A stretch of DNA of 64,000 bases from Vicugna vicugna (taxonomy: Eukaryota), in the NCBI GenBank assembly GCA_013265495.1, contig MU058337.1:2634686-2698685 (forward strand). The letters are read 5' to 3'. The notes beneath the pieces were generated by a model, which had not been told where the DNA came from, did no database searches, and worked only from the letters and a program-made list of their open reading frames with translations. The position numbers and the translations under genes were made by a program. Positions 51,654 to 64,000 of the stretch are shown in pieces. Position 1 is the first letter of the stretch. Every line of letters starts with the position of its first letter.

Positions 51654-53809
51654 CCTCTCTTCAGACACATAAACTAGAATAGTTCTTAGCTCAATACACA
51701 TATTTGAAACAAATATTGCTAATTATTTATATGGTGCTTGTATAAGTTGATGGAATCCTTTCTACTGGCCTAGGGCAATAGAGAGGCCAAAAGTATGATT
51801 AACCTCACTTGCTGACGACGCAACACAGTCTCCTCAATGGATGTAAAGACCTTCCTCAGTTTCCCAACAATTAGGTCCAGGGCTCAGCCTACTCTAACTC
51901 CGCCTCTGATTAAGTAAACTCACCTTCTATTGTGCTGCTTTTGATGGAAACTCGTCGTACAGTATCATCTGTAATTTATTCATCCTTCCAAGGCATTTTT
52001 GCTGAGAGAATCTTGGAACTGTTCCTTGGGGGGGAAGCTTTTCTCTTCTTTCCCTTCTTCCTTCCTTACCTCCTCCCTCCCTCCCGTCCTTTCCTACCCA
52101 GCTCTTACCCGCGCCTCCAGGAGCCTGCATTTCCACCTGCTGCTATTTTTCACCCTGCAGTGCAGGCTTTTGTCTATAATTTCAAGGATTTCATATTTGC
52201 TGGTTGAGCTTTTCCTCTTAGTTCTTCTTTAAACTTGGGTCTTTTCAGTGCCCTCTAAGTAGGTCATTTGTATCTATTTTAAAAGGTCGTTGCTCTCAGC
52301 TTGCACCTCTGCGTCTGCTCCTGTGCGCGGGCAGAGCTCTGCCCCCGCCCCCTCCGCCAGGATCCCTACATCTGAGCTGCCTGCCTGCTTACTCTCAGCA
52401 CTTTTGATAATGGCTGTGCTTATTAAATTTTCTGCACATTCAACTGAATTCTGGGAATTTATGACTATCATGTTTGCTGCTTTATCATCCTTATTTTGCA
52501 TGCTTCATTTTTTTTAATACTATTTTTTATTTCCTGTGAACTTTATTTCTACCTGCTTGGGTAGGGTATTTGAGGCCATATGTTCAACAGCTCCCCCTTG
52601 GGTATCCTCTTCCATCGGCTCTGCCGTGTGGCGTGTACAGTTCACTTTTAAGGTAGTTGTGACTATTTCACTGAATAAGCGTTTAGAATTTGCATTTGTT
52701 TACTTCCATTGCGTAAGTTATTTCTTATGAACATTTAAAAATTTTTATTTCTCCCGTGTTCTTTATCATTGAGACTAACAAGCATTCATTCAGGAACACA
52801 TATCGTGTGCCAAACAAGCACCTCATAATTAATACAAATCATTACTCATCATCCTTGTTTTTGGAATGCTGATTCTGTTCCAACCATAAGTAGAAGAAAC
52901 TGGTACATTCAGTCGCAAATAATGAACACATCGGGCGAACAGGTGAAGTTTGGGTCTCACATAGGGCATGCCCTTGATCAGGGTGGCCCCCAGAACAACG
53001 GGCAGGCTGAGAATGAGTCCACCAATGTCACAGAAGAACGGGAACCGACTAGCCTTATTCGTACTAGCTGACGGCCTGCAGGCACTAGGAGCTGCATGCA
53101 GCTGGCCAGCTCCTGCCAGTCACTGAGATCGTCGGCACGAGGCCTCACACAGGATTCAAAGACAGTTGCCACCCCGGGGGAATCAGGTTATGTCGGCACG
53201 AGTCTTGTCATTCCGGCAGAGTGTCCTGACCGCATGAGGGCCCTGACACAAGCCAGGGTCCTGCGCTAGCATTACCAGGCTGTGTCTAGATGGCCAAGTG
53301 CCACGCACTTTCCCCGGCGAGAACCTGTTCTTGCCCCCAGGGTTTGCTGTAATCTGGTGTTTCCTCCCTGGCTCCCCGGGGGCAACCTCCTGCTCCCGCC
53401 CCTGCACTGGACCAGCGCTGCTCATCTTTATAACTGCTGCTCAGGGGCTTGGTCCAGTTCACACGTCTACGGAATCAGAAGTCAGCAGCGTCTCTCCCCT
53501 GCCGACTGTGTGTATGACTTGCTCCGGGACCTCTCCCGGCCTCCCAGATTAGCTTGTGAACACAGGAAACAGCCAGATTAGATGATAAATCTCCAAGGCA
53601 TCTGAGACATTACGATTTAAACTTCTACACACCTGCCTTGTGACAAAACTTACAAATGAAATCGTCTTTCTCCCTGTCTTCAAAATACACAGAAAAAAAA
53701 TGAAGGAAATGTATCACCATTACTATGACAATTTCAAACATATACAAAAATAAAGGGGATGGTGTAACAATCTCTACGTACCCACTACTGATCTCCAACA
53801 CTTGTCTCT

Positions 53810-54323
53810 CGTGATGGCTCATATTTTGTGCAAACTTGAATTGGGCTAAGGGATGCCCAGACATCCGGTAAAACATTACTTCTGGATGTGTCTGTGCCAA
53901 TATTTCCAGAAGATATAAGCACGTGGATTCGTAGACTGAATAAAGATCACCCGTACCACTGAGAATGGGCATCGTCCAATCTGTTAAAGGTCTGATTGAA
54001 CAAACAGGCGGAGGAAGGGAGAACCTGCTGACTCTGTTTGAGGTGAGACAGTCCTCCCTCTGACATCGGTGCTTCTGGTTCCTGGGCCTTTGGACTCGGG
54101 CTGGGACTGACACCGTCAGTCCCCCTGCTTCTCAAGCTTTTGGGTTCAGATGAAATGACACCACTGGCCTTTCTGGTTCTCCAGCCTGCAGAAGGCAGAC
54201 GGTGGGGTTCTTGGCCTCCATAATTACATGAGACAATTCCTATAATAAAACTCTGTCAATACATTCCTTGGCCTGTTTGTTCAATCAGATCTTCAACAGA
54301 TTGGATGATGTCCTCCCATATAT

Positions 54324-54365
<42 letters not shown>

Positions 54366-54414
54366 CACATGTATGTGTATCATTGCCTCTGATTCTTTGA
54401 AGCATAGTAATGCA
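53810..54414 (+). mobile_element. MLT2B-like (ERVL) solo LTR
   Basis: gtgatgg...tgggctaagggatgcccaga...gtaaaacatta.ttctgg.tgtgtctgtg...gggcatc.tccaatc...gcctttggactcgg...ctccagc.tgcaga.ggcaga...cctccataat, with the (TA)n tract typical of MLT2 near the 3' end. Confidence 0.88.
54327..54359. repeat. (AT)n microsatellite within the MLT2 LTR
   Basis: Seen directly. Confidence 0.95.
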
Positions 54415-54568
54415 TTTACTAATAACTAACTTTGCTTCGTCTACACCCACAACCATTCCCCTCTCTCTTGACCTCTGTATTAATTATTTTAAAGAGAACA
54501 TTCCAGATACACATAGTTTCATGTATTACCTAATTATGTATTTCTAAACCACAAAAACTCTATTTTCT

Positions 54569-55059
54569 TTTTTTTAATTCTTATTTTTTATTGAAGTGTA
54601 GTCGACTTACAGTGTTAGTTTCAGATGCACAGCAAAGTGATTCAGTGATTCAGTTATAAGTATATATATATTTAGATTCTTTTCCAATACAGCTCATTAC
54701 AAGATATAGAATATAGCTCTCTCTGCTATATGGTGGGCCTTTGTTGTTTATCTATTTTATACATAGTAACGTGTGTCTGTTAATCCCAAACTCCTAATCT
54801 ATCCCTTCCTTCACTTCCCACAGTTTGTTTTCTATGTCCCTGAGTCTATTCCTGGTTGTAAATAAAATTTGTATCTTTTTTTTTAGATTCTACATGTAAG
54901 TGATATTATATGGTATTTGTCTCTGTCTGACTTACTTCACTTAATATGATAATCTCTAGGTCCATCCATGTTGCTGCAAATGGTATTATTTCATTCCTTT
55001 GTGCCTGAGTGATATTCTGTCTTCTTTATGCATTCATCTGTCTATGGACATTTAGACAG
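54569..55059 (-). mobile_element. Younger 5'-truncated L1 (cetartiodactyl-type 3' end) with 11-bp TSD
   Basis: ttttttattgaagt.tagt...cagcaaagtgattcag...ttacaagatat...tctctaggtccatccatgttgctgcaaatgg. TSD ctctattttct at 54558-54568 and 55060-55070. Confidence 0.9.
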
Positions 55060-57894
55060 CTCTATTTTCTGACAAAACTATAATATCATTCTCTCTCTAA
55101 AAATATGAATAATAATTCCTTTATATCATCAGTTGTTCAGCCACTGATTCAGATTCCCCAAATACCTTCCCACACTCCCATCAGTGGATTGTTTGGATAA
55201 GAGTCAAACATAATGAATTGTATAAACATAATGTTTTTATAAAATTTAGGGAACAAATTTTCAATGAGTAATGAGAAGTAAGAATAATCAGCCAAAAAAA
55301 AAAAAACCCAAAATAAAAAGCTGATACACTGCTTTTAGTTGTATCATCTCTTTCTCGTGTCTGTATGAATTCAATTCAGCAGAAAAGTTGCCCTTATCTT
55401 TAAAGAGAGATCGTATGCACAATTATATGTAACTGTGGATTATCCAAATGCCTGCTTTTAATCTAAGCAAAGTGGGTTGCCTGAAATTCTACCAGGAATG
55501 TAAGAAATCATTCATTCAGTAGAAAAAAGAAGTCTGTGGATCATGTTAGCCATTTTATGACATTGTGCAGACACACAACATAAACAAATATACACACACA
55601 AAAGGGTAATGCAGCACTTTGCAAAACTTCGTGCAGATGGTTCTCTAGCCAGGATGCCCTGATGAAACAAGATTCCCAGATATCACAGTTGTAAGGTTGG
55701 CTGGACTCGTTGTACCCGGATAAATGTATTTTTCCTTTCACCAAGCCTTTTCTGAGTTTTATTACTCTTTGCATTCTGACTACTAACCGAAAACAGGATT
55801 CCTTCAGATTCCTGGGCAGCCTGCCACTACTTTGGGCCAAGGGGCCAATAAAAATCATTAGCAATACATAAATTTTATCCAGTGGGCTTTCCTGAACATG
55901 TGCAAGCATTCATAAGGTCTGAGCACTGAAATCCACATGTTCTGTCTCATCACGTGTTCCAATTGGCAGGCAATCGGTTATACTCAAATCCGGTACGTGA
56001 TTATATTGTAATTTATGTCAAATGAGGATCAATATGGCATTCAAATACACTAATAAGAATGGTGGTTAAACAGGCACTTTTGTTAATAAAAGACAGTAGA
56101 TAAGACTAACATAGGTTTGGGTTTTTTCCTGAAGTTCTCAATACACAATGCATATTCTGAATTTTAATTTATTCATTTGCAGTTGATATAAACATATTCA
56201 TAAGAGGGAAGTATTAGAATGAAGTATGTACATAATTATCATGATGAGCTGTCTCAGCCACTTTATGAAACTGAAAATCTCTCCTTTTTTTTTGCATTTT
56301 AAATACAAAATTGCCCTTTGACACGTTGATTAAACTGTCATTTGTCCTTGTTTATATTTCATGAATTTTTCTTGAAAGTGAAAAACGCTTCATGAAAAAT
56401 GTATCTTACTTAACGTCAGGCTAAAACACACACACAAACACACCCATATAGACACAAACAAGTGCACCTGAAAGTTGTGTGAAGTGTATTTACCCTGATG
56501 TTTAATTTTAAAAGTCCCAATATTACAGCAACTGCCACACGATACGCAATCAGGATATTTCCTGAGACTTTAACCTCGACTTTAACACTATTCCCAGTGT
56601 CTGTCTTTGGGTACGTTAGGCAGAAATAACAAAAACAAGAAGTAGGATTTCAGGAATAGAGAACGCAGACAGAAGATAAAGAATTAAGGGGGGAAAAAAG
56701 CATTTTAGGTGCTGCCTTAACTAAGTTGTCATCTACCACATTTATCTAACTTCTAATGATATGCTTCTTTCTGGTGAATTAACTTTATGTCCTTGATCTT
56801 AGAAATCACATTTAAATTGAAATTCAAAATTTAAAAAAAAAAAAAATCAGAGGATACTTTCTCCTTAATTTAAACCAGAAGGTGGCCCACTTTCAATTGA
56901 AGTAATCTAGTGGGAAATGTATTTTGGCTATAAACAACTACTTAAAAACATTTTACAACAAACTAACACCTCTTTGTACATTAATAAATTAAATACAAAT
57001 TAAGGACAAAGAATTTCTTTTTTTCTTAAACTCAATAAAATATCAAGTGCTTGTTTTTTAAAAGTGGAGTTTAGAGAATCTAAAACTTGAGAAACATATT
57101 CTCTACCCTAACAGCATTTTATTAAACTTGTTCTAAACAGATGGGTATCTTCTATTTACAAAATCTCCAGGGAAGGCAGACCCACATGTCTCGGGAGTTC
57201 ATTCAAATACCCACCATAATCCTATAATTCTTCAATTCTCTTTCATGTACACACATATATTTTTATTTCACCAGAGGATGCAATAAGAAAGTTTTAAGTG
57301 AATTAGACATTAGGGCAAGTATATGGCAAGTAAATGTAATTGATTTAAAAAAAATAGATTAATATTTAGCAGTTTCCAAAAAAGAAGCTCATATTTTCCC
57401 CTCAAAATTAAAAAAAAATCTTTTAAATAATGCCTTTCTAACACATTTGGCTTATTTATATCACGAAGCATCTGTGAGAAAAGTAATTTATTTTTATTTA
57501 AATTTAGATACCCTTATTTTTTCCACTTAATGGGACATAAGTCCTTTTTCCTTAAAAAGTTTTGTTTCAGCAATTTACGATATTCATATTCAAACAGTAA
57601 ATATCAAGCACCAATAATAATAATGCTAATAATAGTATAAAAATGTTCACTCATTTTCTTGCTTTTTTCCTTATTTTAAAAATTATGCACAATTGACATG
57701 GACACAGATAAGCATATATTTGGAAACCTACGAGTGTTCACACATAAACTGTCTTGACAATTTGTCTTTTAAGTGTTTTACCTAAAAGAAACTGCTCCAT
57801 GAAATTAAAGTGTTTCTCCAGCATCATGATAACCGATTGTTACACGTAGTTGATATTACGGAGTTCTCTTTAGAGCTGACGTTTCCAAACTTGT

Positions 57895-58261
57895 CTTCTT
57901 GGAATATGGGCTGCTGAGTACTCACAGCTCGGTCTTTCCCTGGGGACTGCCCTTGACGGCTGGGACCTGCTGAGGGCCAGGTCAAGTCCACTCTCACAGG
58001 CTGACCTGCACCCAGTGATTGGCTGACACAGGATGTCAGTGCACCTGTGTCTGACTCCCAGTAACCTCGTCAGTTATGCCGACTCCAGAGCTTACCGTGG
58101 ATGGAGATGGAGCTACAGGTGCTCTCGCGCAGTAGGTCAACTTCCCCCTCTCCCTGCACCTGCTCCTCCTCCCCTGCAGGGGTGGGTCCTAAAACCATCC
58201 CCCAGTGAAATGTATACAGGTCATGCTCCTTCATGGGGCCCAGGGAACCCAGTCTAATACA
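57895..58261 (+). mobile_element. LTR16-like (ERVL) LTR
   Basis: actgccctt...ccagtgattggctgac...ctccagagct..cc.tgg...cttcccc...gggaaccc..tctaataca resembles the LTR16 family and ends in CA. 5' boundary uncertain. Confidence 0.65.
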
Positions 58262-58399
58262 CCCAAAATATTGCAATGGATATACATTATTTTAAAAGCC
58301 ATTCAAGATATTTTTGCCCCAAATCGGGCAGTCTGTATTCTATAGTTGCTTACATGTCATCTAAAAATGCCACTATTTATAGTTCTTGATTTACTAAAA

Positions 58400-58560
58400 A
58401 GAATCAACAGGTGAATTTGGAAACTACTATGTGCAAACTCGCTAGATGCTGGAAATACACCATGAGGTTTAATCTTCTTTTATTTATCCATCATGTGCTA
58501 AAGACATAGTCTCTAATCTAGGTGCTTGCAACCTGAGAAGACAGAACACACATATAAAAC
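58400..58560 (-). mobile_element. L2 fragment
   Basis: ctactatgtgc...gctagatgctgga.atac...agacatagtctct resembles an antisense L2 tail. Confidence 0.4.
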
Positions 58561-59269
58561 TTGGGGTTTTTTTGGCTGAAATATTACATTTCTATTATTT
58601 CCTTTCTTTCTGCTTTTATCTAGTTTTTATTCATAATCATATTACATATAATTTCGTCATATGCCACCTCAACACTTTTTAAAAGTAATAAAAATGTGAT
58701 TAAAATGGTGCTGAGTCTTCAAAGGGTTAAGGATCATGGATTTTGGAGAAAGAACATTTTTTTTTTTTAAGTTGAGAGAGGCAGGAACTGCATTCCAGAA
58801 AAAGGGATCAGCATTGAAGAGGTATCACAAAGCTGGATATATTCTTGGCATGTTTGAAGTCATGCAGAGACCAATTTAAAGCGAGTTTATGTTCTAGAGT
58901 TACAGGGGATACATTTGGAATGCTCAATGTTGCCAACCTGGCTGTGAATGACAGGATATGGAATGTGTTTGTTATAGAGAAGAGGGTTGAGTTCATAGAA
59001 ATAGGAATAAGACTTCCCTGAAGAATCTTATGTTATTATTTTGACTGTGATATAAAACAACCATTTAACAATGCAAAAATTAAATTAAGAATAATATAGA
59101 TGTTCACTAAAACTGGATATCAAATTTAATGAAGGAACATGGCTGTATGCTGAGTGAGCGACATGCCCACACAGAGAGAATAATTATTTAAGCAACTTCA
59201 ACTATAAAATCAAAGAAGATGATCAGTTAGAAATATTACCAAGAACTCCTTTTTTCCTCCCTAATGTGT

Positions 59270-59600
59270 GTATTTACTAGTTCCGTGAACTGTCAAAGGC
59301 TTAGAATCAGTGACAATCCAGCAGCAATGTGCACTCCAGGAATATCTTACCAAAGATAACGGAGACTCCTTAAAGGACAGGCGAGTCAAGCCTGGTGCAG
59401 AAAATATTCATGATATTTCTAAGAAATGTTGTGTCAGAAAGCCAGGGAGGCCAAAACAATCTAACGAGGTTTTGTCAAAAAGACACTGGGGCTATCTTTT
59501 TGAAGGGATTGCAATTAGCCAACGACGGGTAATTTGAGCATCTAAAGACAACAATTGGAATAGAAACTACTGCAATTGATTGAAACATACGAAGTCTGTA
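59270..59600 (+). mobile_element. L1MC4-like 3' UTR fragment
   Basis: tgacaatccagcagcaatg.gcac...cagaaagc...gtcaaaa.gac...aatttgagcatc...actgcaat.gattgaaaca. Confidence 0.6.
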
Positions 59601-61139
59601 AGACTGATGAGTTCATCGTGGGCATCGAAGAATCCATGTTTCAGCACAATTCACCAGGCGTGTGCGTGCACGGGAAAGCATGCGAAGTACCGTTCTCCAT
59701 GGTTAGTAAGTCTGACAATCTGCATCTCCTCCTCTCACCTCTTCTTCTTTTTGATGCTCCATCACTGACCCTTCTCATTTTACCGGAATGCTCGTTTCAG
59801 CCTGCCCTTCCTCATGCGCCGCTGCAAAGAGCCTGCTTTTCAGGTTCTTCCTTAACCTTCTTTGCGATGAGGCCATTCCAGTGGGGCAGGATTTCCCTCT
59901 ATCCTCCCGCTTACCCTTGAACGTGTTGAGTGATGCTGCAATGTGAGCTCACGTCATTTCCTTTCACGCTGTAGATTCTCATGCTTTATTGCTCACATCT
60001 TCCATTTCAGCAGCACCTTAATCTCTTAAGTTCCTCACCAACATCCTTGTCCTCCTCGCCCTGTAACATGTATCTAGACAGAGAATCTATTCTTGCAAAT
60101 CTATCCCGGTGTTTCTGTGCTGGCTCTGGCTCTGTAGTCCTCTCTCGTTTGTCCCCTCCCTCCTTTTTTTTTTTTTTTTGACTAGTCTTATTTTAGTTTC
60201 TTGTTCTTTGCTTTAAAACAATCTATGTGTGTCAGTAAATGCAAAATAAAATCAGAGTCTCTATTTTACCATTTCTTTTCTTATATTTAACGTTCAGTTT
60301 TACCCGGTTATGCAACTAGAGACATTTTAAAATGAAAGCAAGACTTCTTTTCCATTGATTATATTAAAATTTTGAATTTCTTTCTGTTTTAACAGAAGTT
60401 TTTTTTTAAGTCTCTATATGACTTCCAAATTTCCAGGATACATGAAATTAGCTTTAGCTATTGAAACATTATAAGAAGAAAAAAGTGGGATTTTTCTCTT
60501 CACAGTTGAGTTGACAATTCTCACTTTCCTAGACACCCATCAGTGTTCTCATACACTCCAATTTACTGTAACTCTATTTTAGATGATTAGCATGTGCATC
60601 TAAATATACCTTCTTCCAGGTACATTCTAGCAGACTGATTTTAGAGCACTTGACATTATCATTACTCTTTGATTGGATTCAGCCTTTCTTGAATTTTTCT
60701 AAAAGGCAGGTAAATTTTCCTCCCCCGGATCATAAAATTCCCTTTGCAAATTCTTAACCTCTTCAACATCTATACTCTGTCATAAATCCAGCTCTTCTAC
60801 AGATACGGTCACTTATTTTTCACAGGGAAGAGTCCCAAAGCTTAGGACTACAGAGATTTTTCTCACTTCTGCCTGAATCCTTATGTCTAAAACTGCAATG
60901 CTCTTTGAGTTCCTTGACCATGTCCTTCCGTAACTCAGAAGCAGTGTCTTTTTGACCTTCTGTGCATGTGGTGTTCCACGTTGCCAGAGTGGAAGGGCAA
61001 ACCCCCAGAAGGCTAGAGGACGAGGAGCCCTCCGCCATCCCAAAGCCCCATCTGCTCACTTAACATGTACGGAAACTGTGGTCCAGAACACCTGAAGCAA
61101 AGCGAGACACACCTGTTCACCCAGACTGTCATTGTATTT

Positions 61140-61205
61140 CTCCTCCTTCTCCCTCTCCCCCTCCTCCTGCCCCTTATCCCTTCCTACGCCCCTTCCTTTC
61201 TTGTT
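61140..61205. repeat. CT-rich low-complexity tract
   Basis: Seen directly. Confidence 0.8.
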
Positions 61206-63074
61206 TTTAGTTTTGTGCTTCTTTTCAACTGTTGTTAGTTTTAACCTTTTCATCACTCCTGAGAATCAGCTCATGTACTTTCTGAGAGTGGAAGCTGAAG
61301 GGAACACACAGCTTCTAACAGGTCCTCCAGTAAGCTGCGTTCTCCCTTCCATATATTTCTGGGGTTGGACTCCTGTGTTCTTTTGAACATCTTTTCTTTT
61401 TATGCCCTTGAGTTATGCATCTTTTTTTTCTGTGATTCTTTTGATTTATCTTCTCCTGTGCTCAGCCTGTTGGGAAAGAGGGTTCTCCTTACAGTTCTGC
61501 TAATCTCATTTGCTGTACTTGGTTTCCCATCCATTCATTCACTGTAATTCCTCCCCATCCTCTCTCCCTCATCTGAGGAATGTGGACAAAAGTGTCTCTT
61601 CTGAGGAGTTTTTGTCTCCTTTTCTCTGCAAGATCCATCTATCCCCACTGTCTTCTGCTGGACCTCCTGTCCTTCCCTTGTGATGTATGTTTTTCCTGTC
61701 TTTTTCTTCTCACTGCAGCCTGAAATCAGTCTTCACTTAATTTCTTTCTATTTCTTCCTGGAGGTCCCCTCACATCTACCTTCTTCTCCTAGAATCTTTT
61801 GTTATATTAATTTAGGAGGAAATTACTGTCTTCATTTTTTCTTTTTCAAACTTTCATACCAAGTCCTTGAAGTTGGTCCAGCTATCAGGCAGTTTGCACA
61901 GATAGGGTGTTTCTTGGCATAATAAAGGTTGCAGGCATTTTATTGGAAAAAGCGCCATGTCCCTTTCCTCTACACCAAGCTCCCATTTCCTGACTGCACA
62001 TTGCTCCCAGGTGAGTTCTAGTGCCTTGGACAAAACTGTGTCTGTAATTGTCTTTTTTATAACGACAATCCTTCTTTGTTTCTATTGGAAAACACCTGGC
62101 AAGTGGCTAACCCCTCCCTAGCCTTGCCACGTTTCTGTTTCACACTTACGTTTCCTAGTCCAAATCCCAAACCTGCCTGCTGCATTTGCTGGAAACACTG
62201 ACACAGTGCACCATCATCGTAGTCCCCAAACCCTCACCGTTTTCTCCTGCTAATTGGAAGCAACACCATATACTTCCAGTTACTTTTTTTCAGCCAACTT
62301 TAATACAATAACAACAAATTCATACTAATAAGAGCATATATTCCTAGCAATAAGATATACTAACAATACAAATAAAATAAAAAATTAACACGTAGACACC
62401 ATGTATTTCCAGTTTTGGGGTCTACCTACTTAATCTATTCTAGCTGACTCTTGAGTGGCCTTGCGACCCTAATTAGTTTCAGAATGAAAACAGTCATACT
62501 TGTTCATAGTTTATGTTGAACTGCTATTATTTTTGAAATTTTTAATTTCACCACTAATTTTTACTCAACTGTAGCTCAACTGAAACTCTCATTAATGTCT
62601 TTATTAAGGTATTTGAATTAGTATGACATTTTCTACATTAACTTTTTCCATTTTTCCTTCTTTCTGGTTTCTTCTGAATTGACACTGTGTTGACATAAGA
62701 AGCCAAGTCGGTTTCTAAAAGGTTGTAGATCAAATCTTATTTGTATTACATATAAGAGAAGCAAGTCTAAATATTGGGTGATTCGCCCAAGATTATTGAA
62801 CAAGTTAAGAACAAACTGGATAGAGCTCAAGCTTACAATTTCCTAGACCAAACATGCACACTCTTCTACTTTATGTCATCTTTCCTATCTACTTAGTTAA
62901 ATAATGCATGTGTTGGTAAGATAATAATCTAGAGATGTAAACAAAATTTGACTTTAAAATTAACTAGTATTATATAAACTTTTTTATAGTCAGACATATG
63001 AACATGGATTTAAAGAAAACTTATTACTGAACTATCAGAAATCTGAAAAACATGCACCCTTCAACTATTATTGT

Positions 63075-64000
63075 TGTTTTAAGACTTTACGTTTTTAGAG
63101 TGGTTTTAGACTCAGAGCAAAATTGAGGGGAAGGTACAGAGATTTCCATACACCCCTGCCCCTACAATGCACAGCCTCCCCCATTTCCAGTGTTCCCTTA
63201 TTGAGCAGAACCTTTGTTACATGATTGCCATCATTTACATTAGGATTTTTCCACTGCCCTGAAAATCCTTTGTGCTGTGTCTACTCAGCCCATGGAAAGC
63301 ACTGGTGTTTTTACCGTCTCCATCCTTTTCCTTTCCCAGAATGCCACATGATTGGAATCACAATATATAGCCTCTTCTCGTTTTGCTTAGTAACATGTAT
63401 TTAAGGTTCTTCCTTGTCTTTTCATGGCTAGACACTCATTCCTTTTTAGTGTTGAATAATATTCCATTGTCTGGATGTAGCAAAGTTGATTTATTCATTC
63501 ACCTATTGAAGGACATCGTGGTTGCTTCTAAGTTTTGACAGTTATGAGTAGAGCTGCTGTACACCTCCGTGGACAGGTTTGGTGTGGACATATGTTTTCA
63601 ACTGTTGGGTAAATACAACAGAGCACGATTGTTGGATCATACGGTAAGAGTGTGTTTATTTTTGTGAGACACTGCCCAACTGTCTTCTAAAATGGCTTTA
63701 ACATTTTTAAATTCTCACTAGCAATAAATGAGAGCTCCAGTTGTTCCACATTCTCACCATCATTTGGTGGTGTCAGTGTTCCAGATGGGACATTTATACA
63801 ACCTCTTTGTTGTTTTAATTTGCATTTCCCTGATGACATGTGATCTGGACTATGTATTTATGTGCTTATTTACTATCTGTATGTCTTCTGTGGTGACATG
63901 TCTGATTTGGGTTTGGCCCATTTTTTTATCTCATATTTTTATTGTTGAATTTTAAAGGACCTTTGTATATTTTAAGAGACAGTTCTTTGTCATATGTGTT
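63075..64000 (-). mobile_element. L1MC1/2-like LINE 3' end extending into ORF2 C-terminal sequence; runs off the window
   Basis: ttttagag..gttttag...gcaaaattgag.ggaaggtacagagatttcc...gaataatattccattgtctggatgta...gttgttccacattctcacca...ttaatttgcatttccctgatgac. Confidence 0.9.

Larger units (their letters stand above)
53720..55170 (-). mobile_element. Old L1 3' end (L1MC4/5-like) split by MLT2 and young L1 insertions
   Basis: aatttcaaacatatacaaaa...tacccact (53730-53790) continues after 54415 (attattttaaag..aa..tccaga) and after 55070 (aataattccttt.atatcatc...ttcagattcccc). Confidence 0.5.

Noticed and set aside
53625..54113. Longest ORF in the track (162 aa)
   Set aside because: Runs antisense through the MLT2 LTR and into an old L1 3' UTR; not a gene.
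59576..59920. 114-codon ORF (IETYEVCKTDEFIVGIEES...)
   Set aside because: Starts at a non-ATG codon at the end of an L1MC4-like fragment; no recognisable homology.
60500..62050. Pyrimidine-rich region possibly derived from an L2 body
   Set aside because: Similarity is too weak for me to assign a family or boundaries by eye.
1..64000. CRISPR array, operon or other prokaryotic/viral system
   Set aside because: No regularly spaced repeat-spacer array and no gene-dense long ORFs; the sequence is full of eutherian TE fossils.

Overview
This is AT-rich placental-mammal genomic DNA, intronic or intergenic. I recognise no protein-coding exon, RNA gene, CRISPR array or prokaryotic feature. The few ORFs I can assign lie in transposon fossils, and the rest look like chance ORFs. 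The window is a mosaic of old eutherian repeats (MIR, L2, L1M-type LINEs, a Tigger1 deletion derivative, MER53, MER58A, and MLT1, MLT2 and LTR16-type LTRs). It also holds a decayed ERVL pol segment (RNase H plus integrase) and three younger 5'-truncated L1 insertions with intact target-site duplications. The repeat content points to a cetartiodactyl, most likely a camelid (inference). Long stretches between the repeats have few recognisable TEs and carry small CpG clusters and developmental TF-motif clusters, compatible with an enhancer-rich gene desert or large intron; this needs conservation data to confirm. I found no convincing new biological system. The most unusual sequence-level observations are a 43-bp inverted duplication inside an MLT2 LTR, an L1-5'/L1-RT/ERVL-pol composite, and two similarly truncated short L1 tails. 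Repeat family names come from my recollection of consensus sequences, not a database search. Boundaries are approximate unless a TSD or terminus is quoted.
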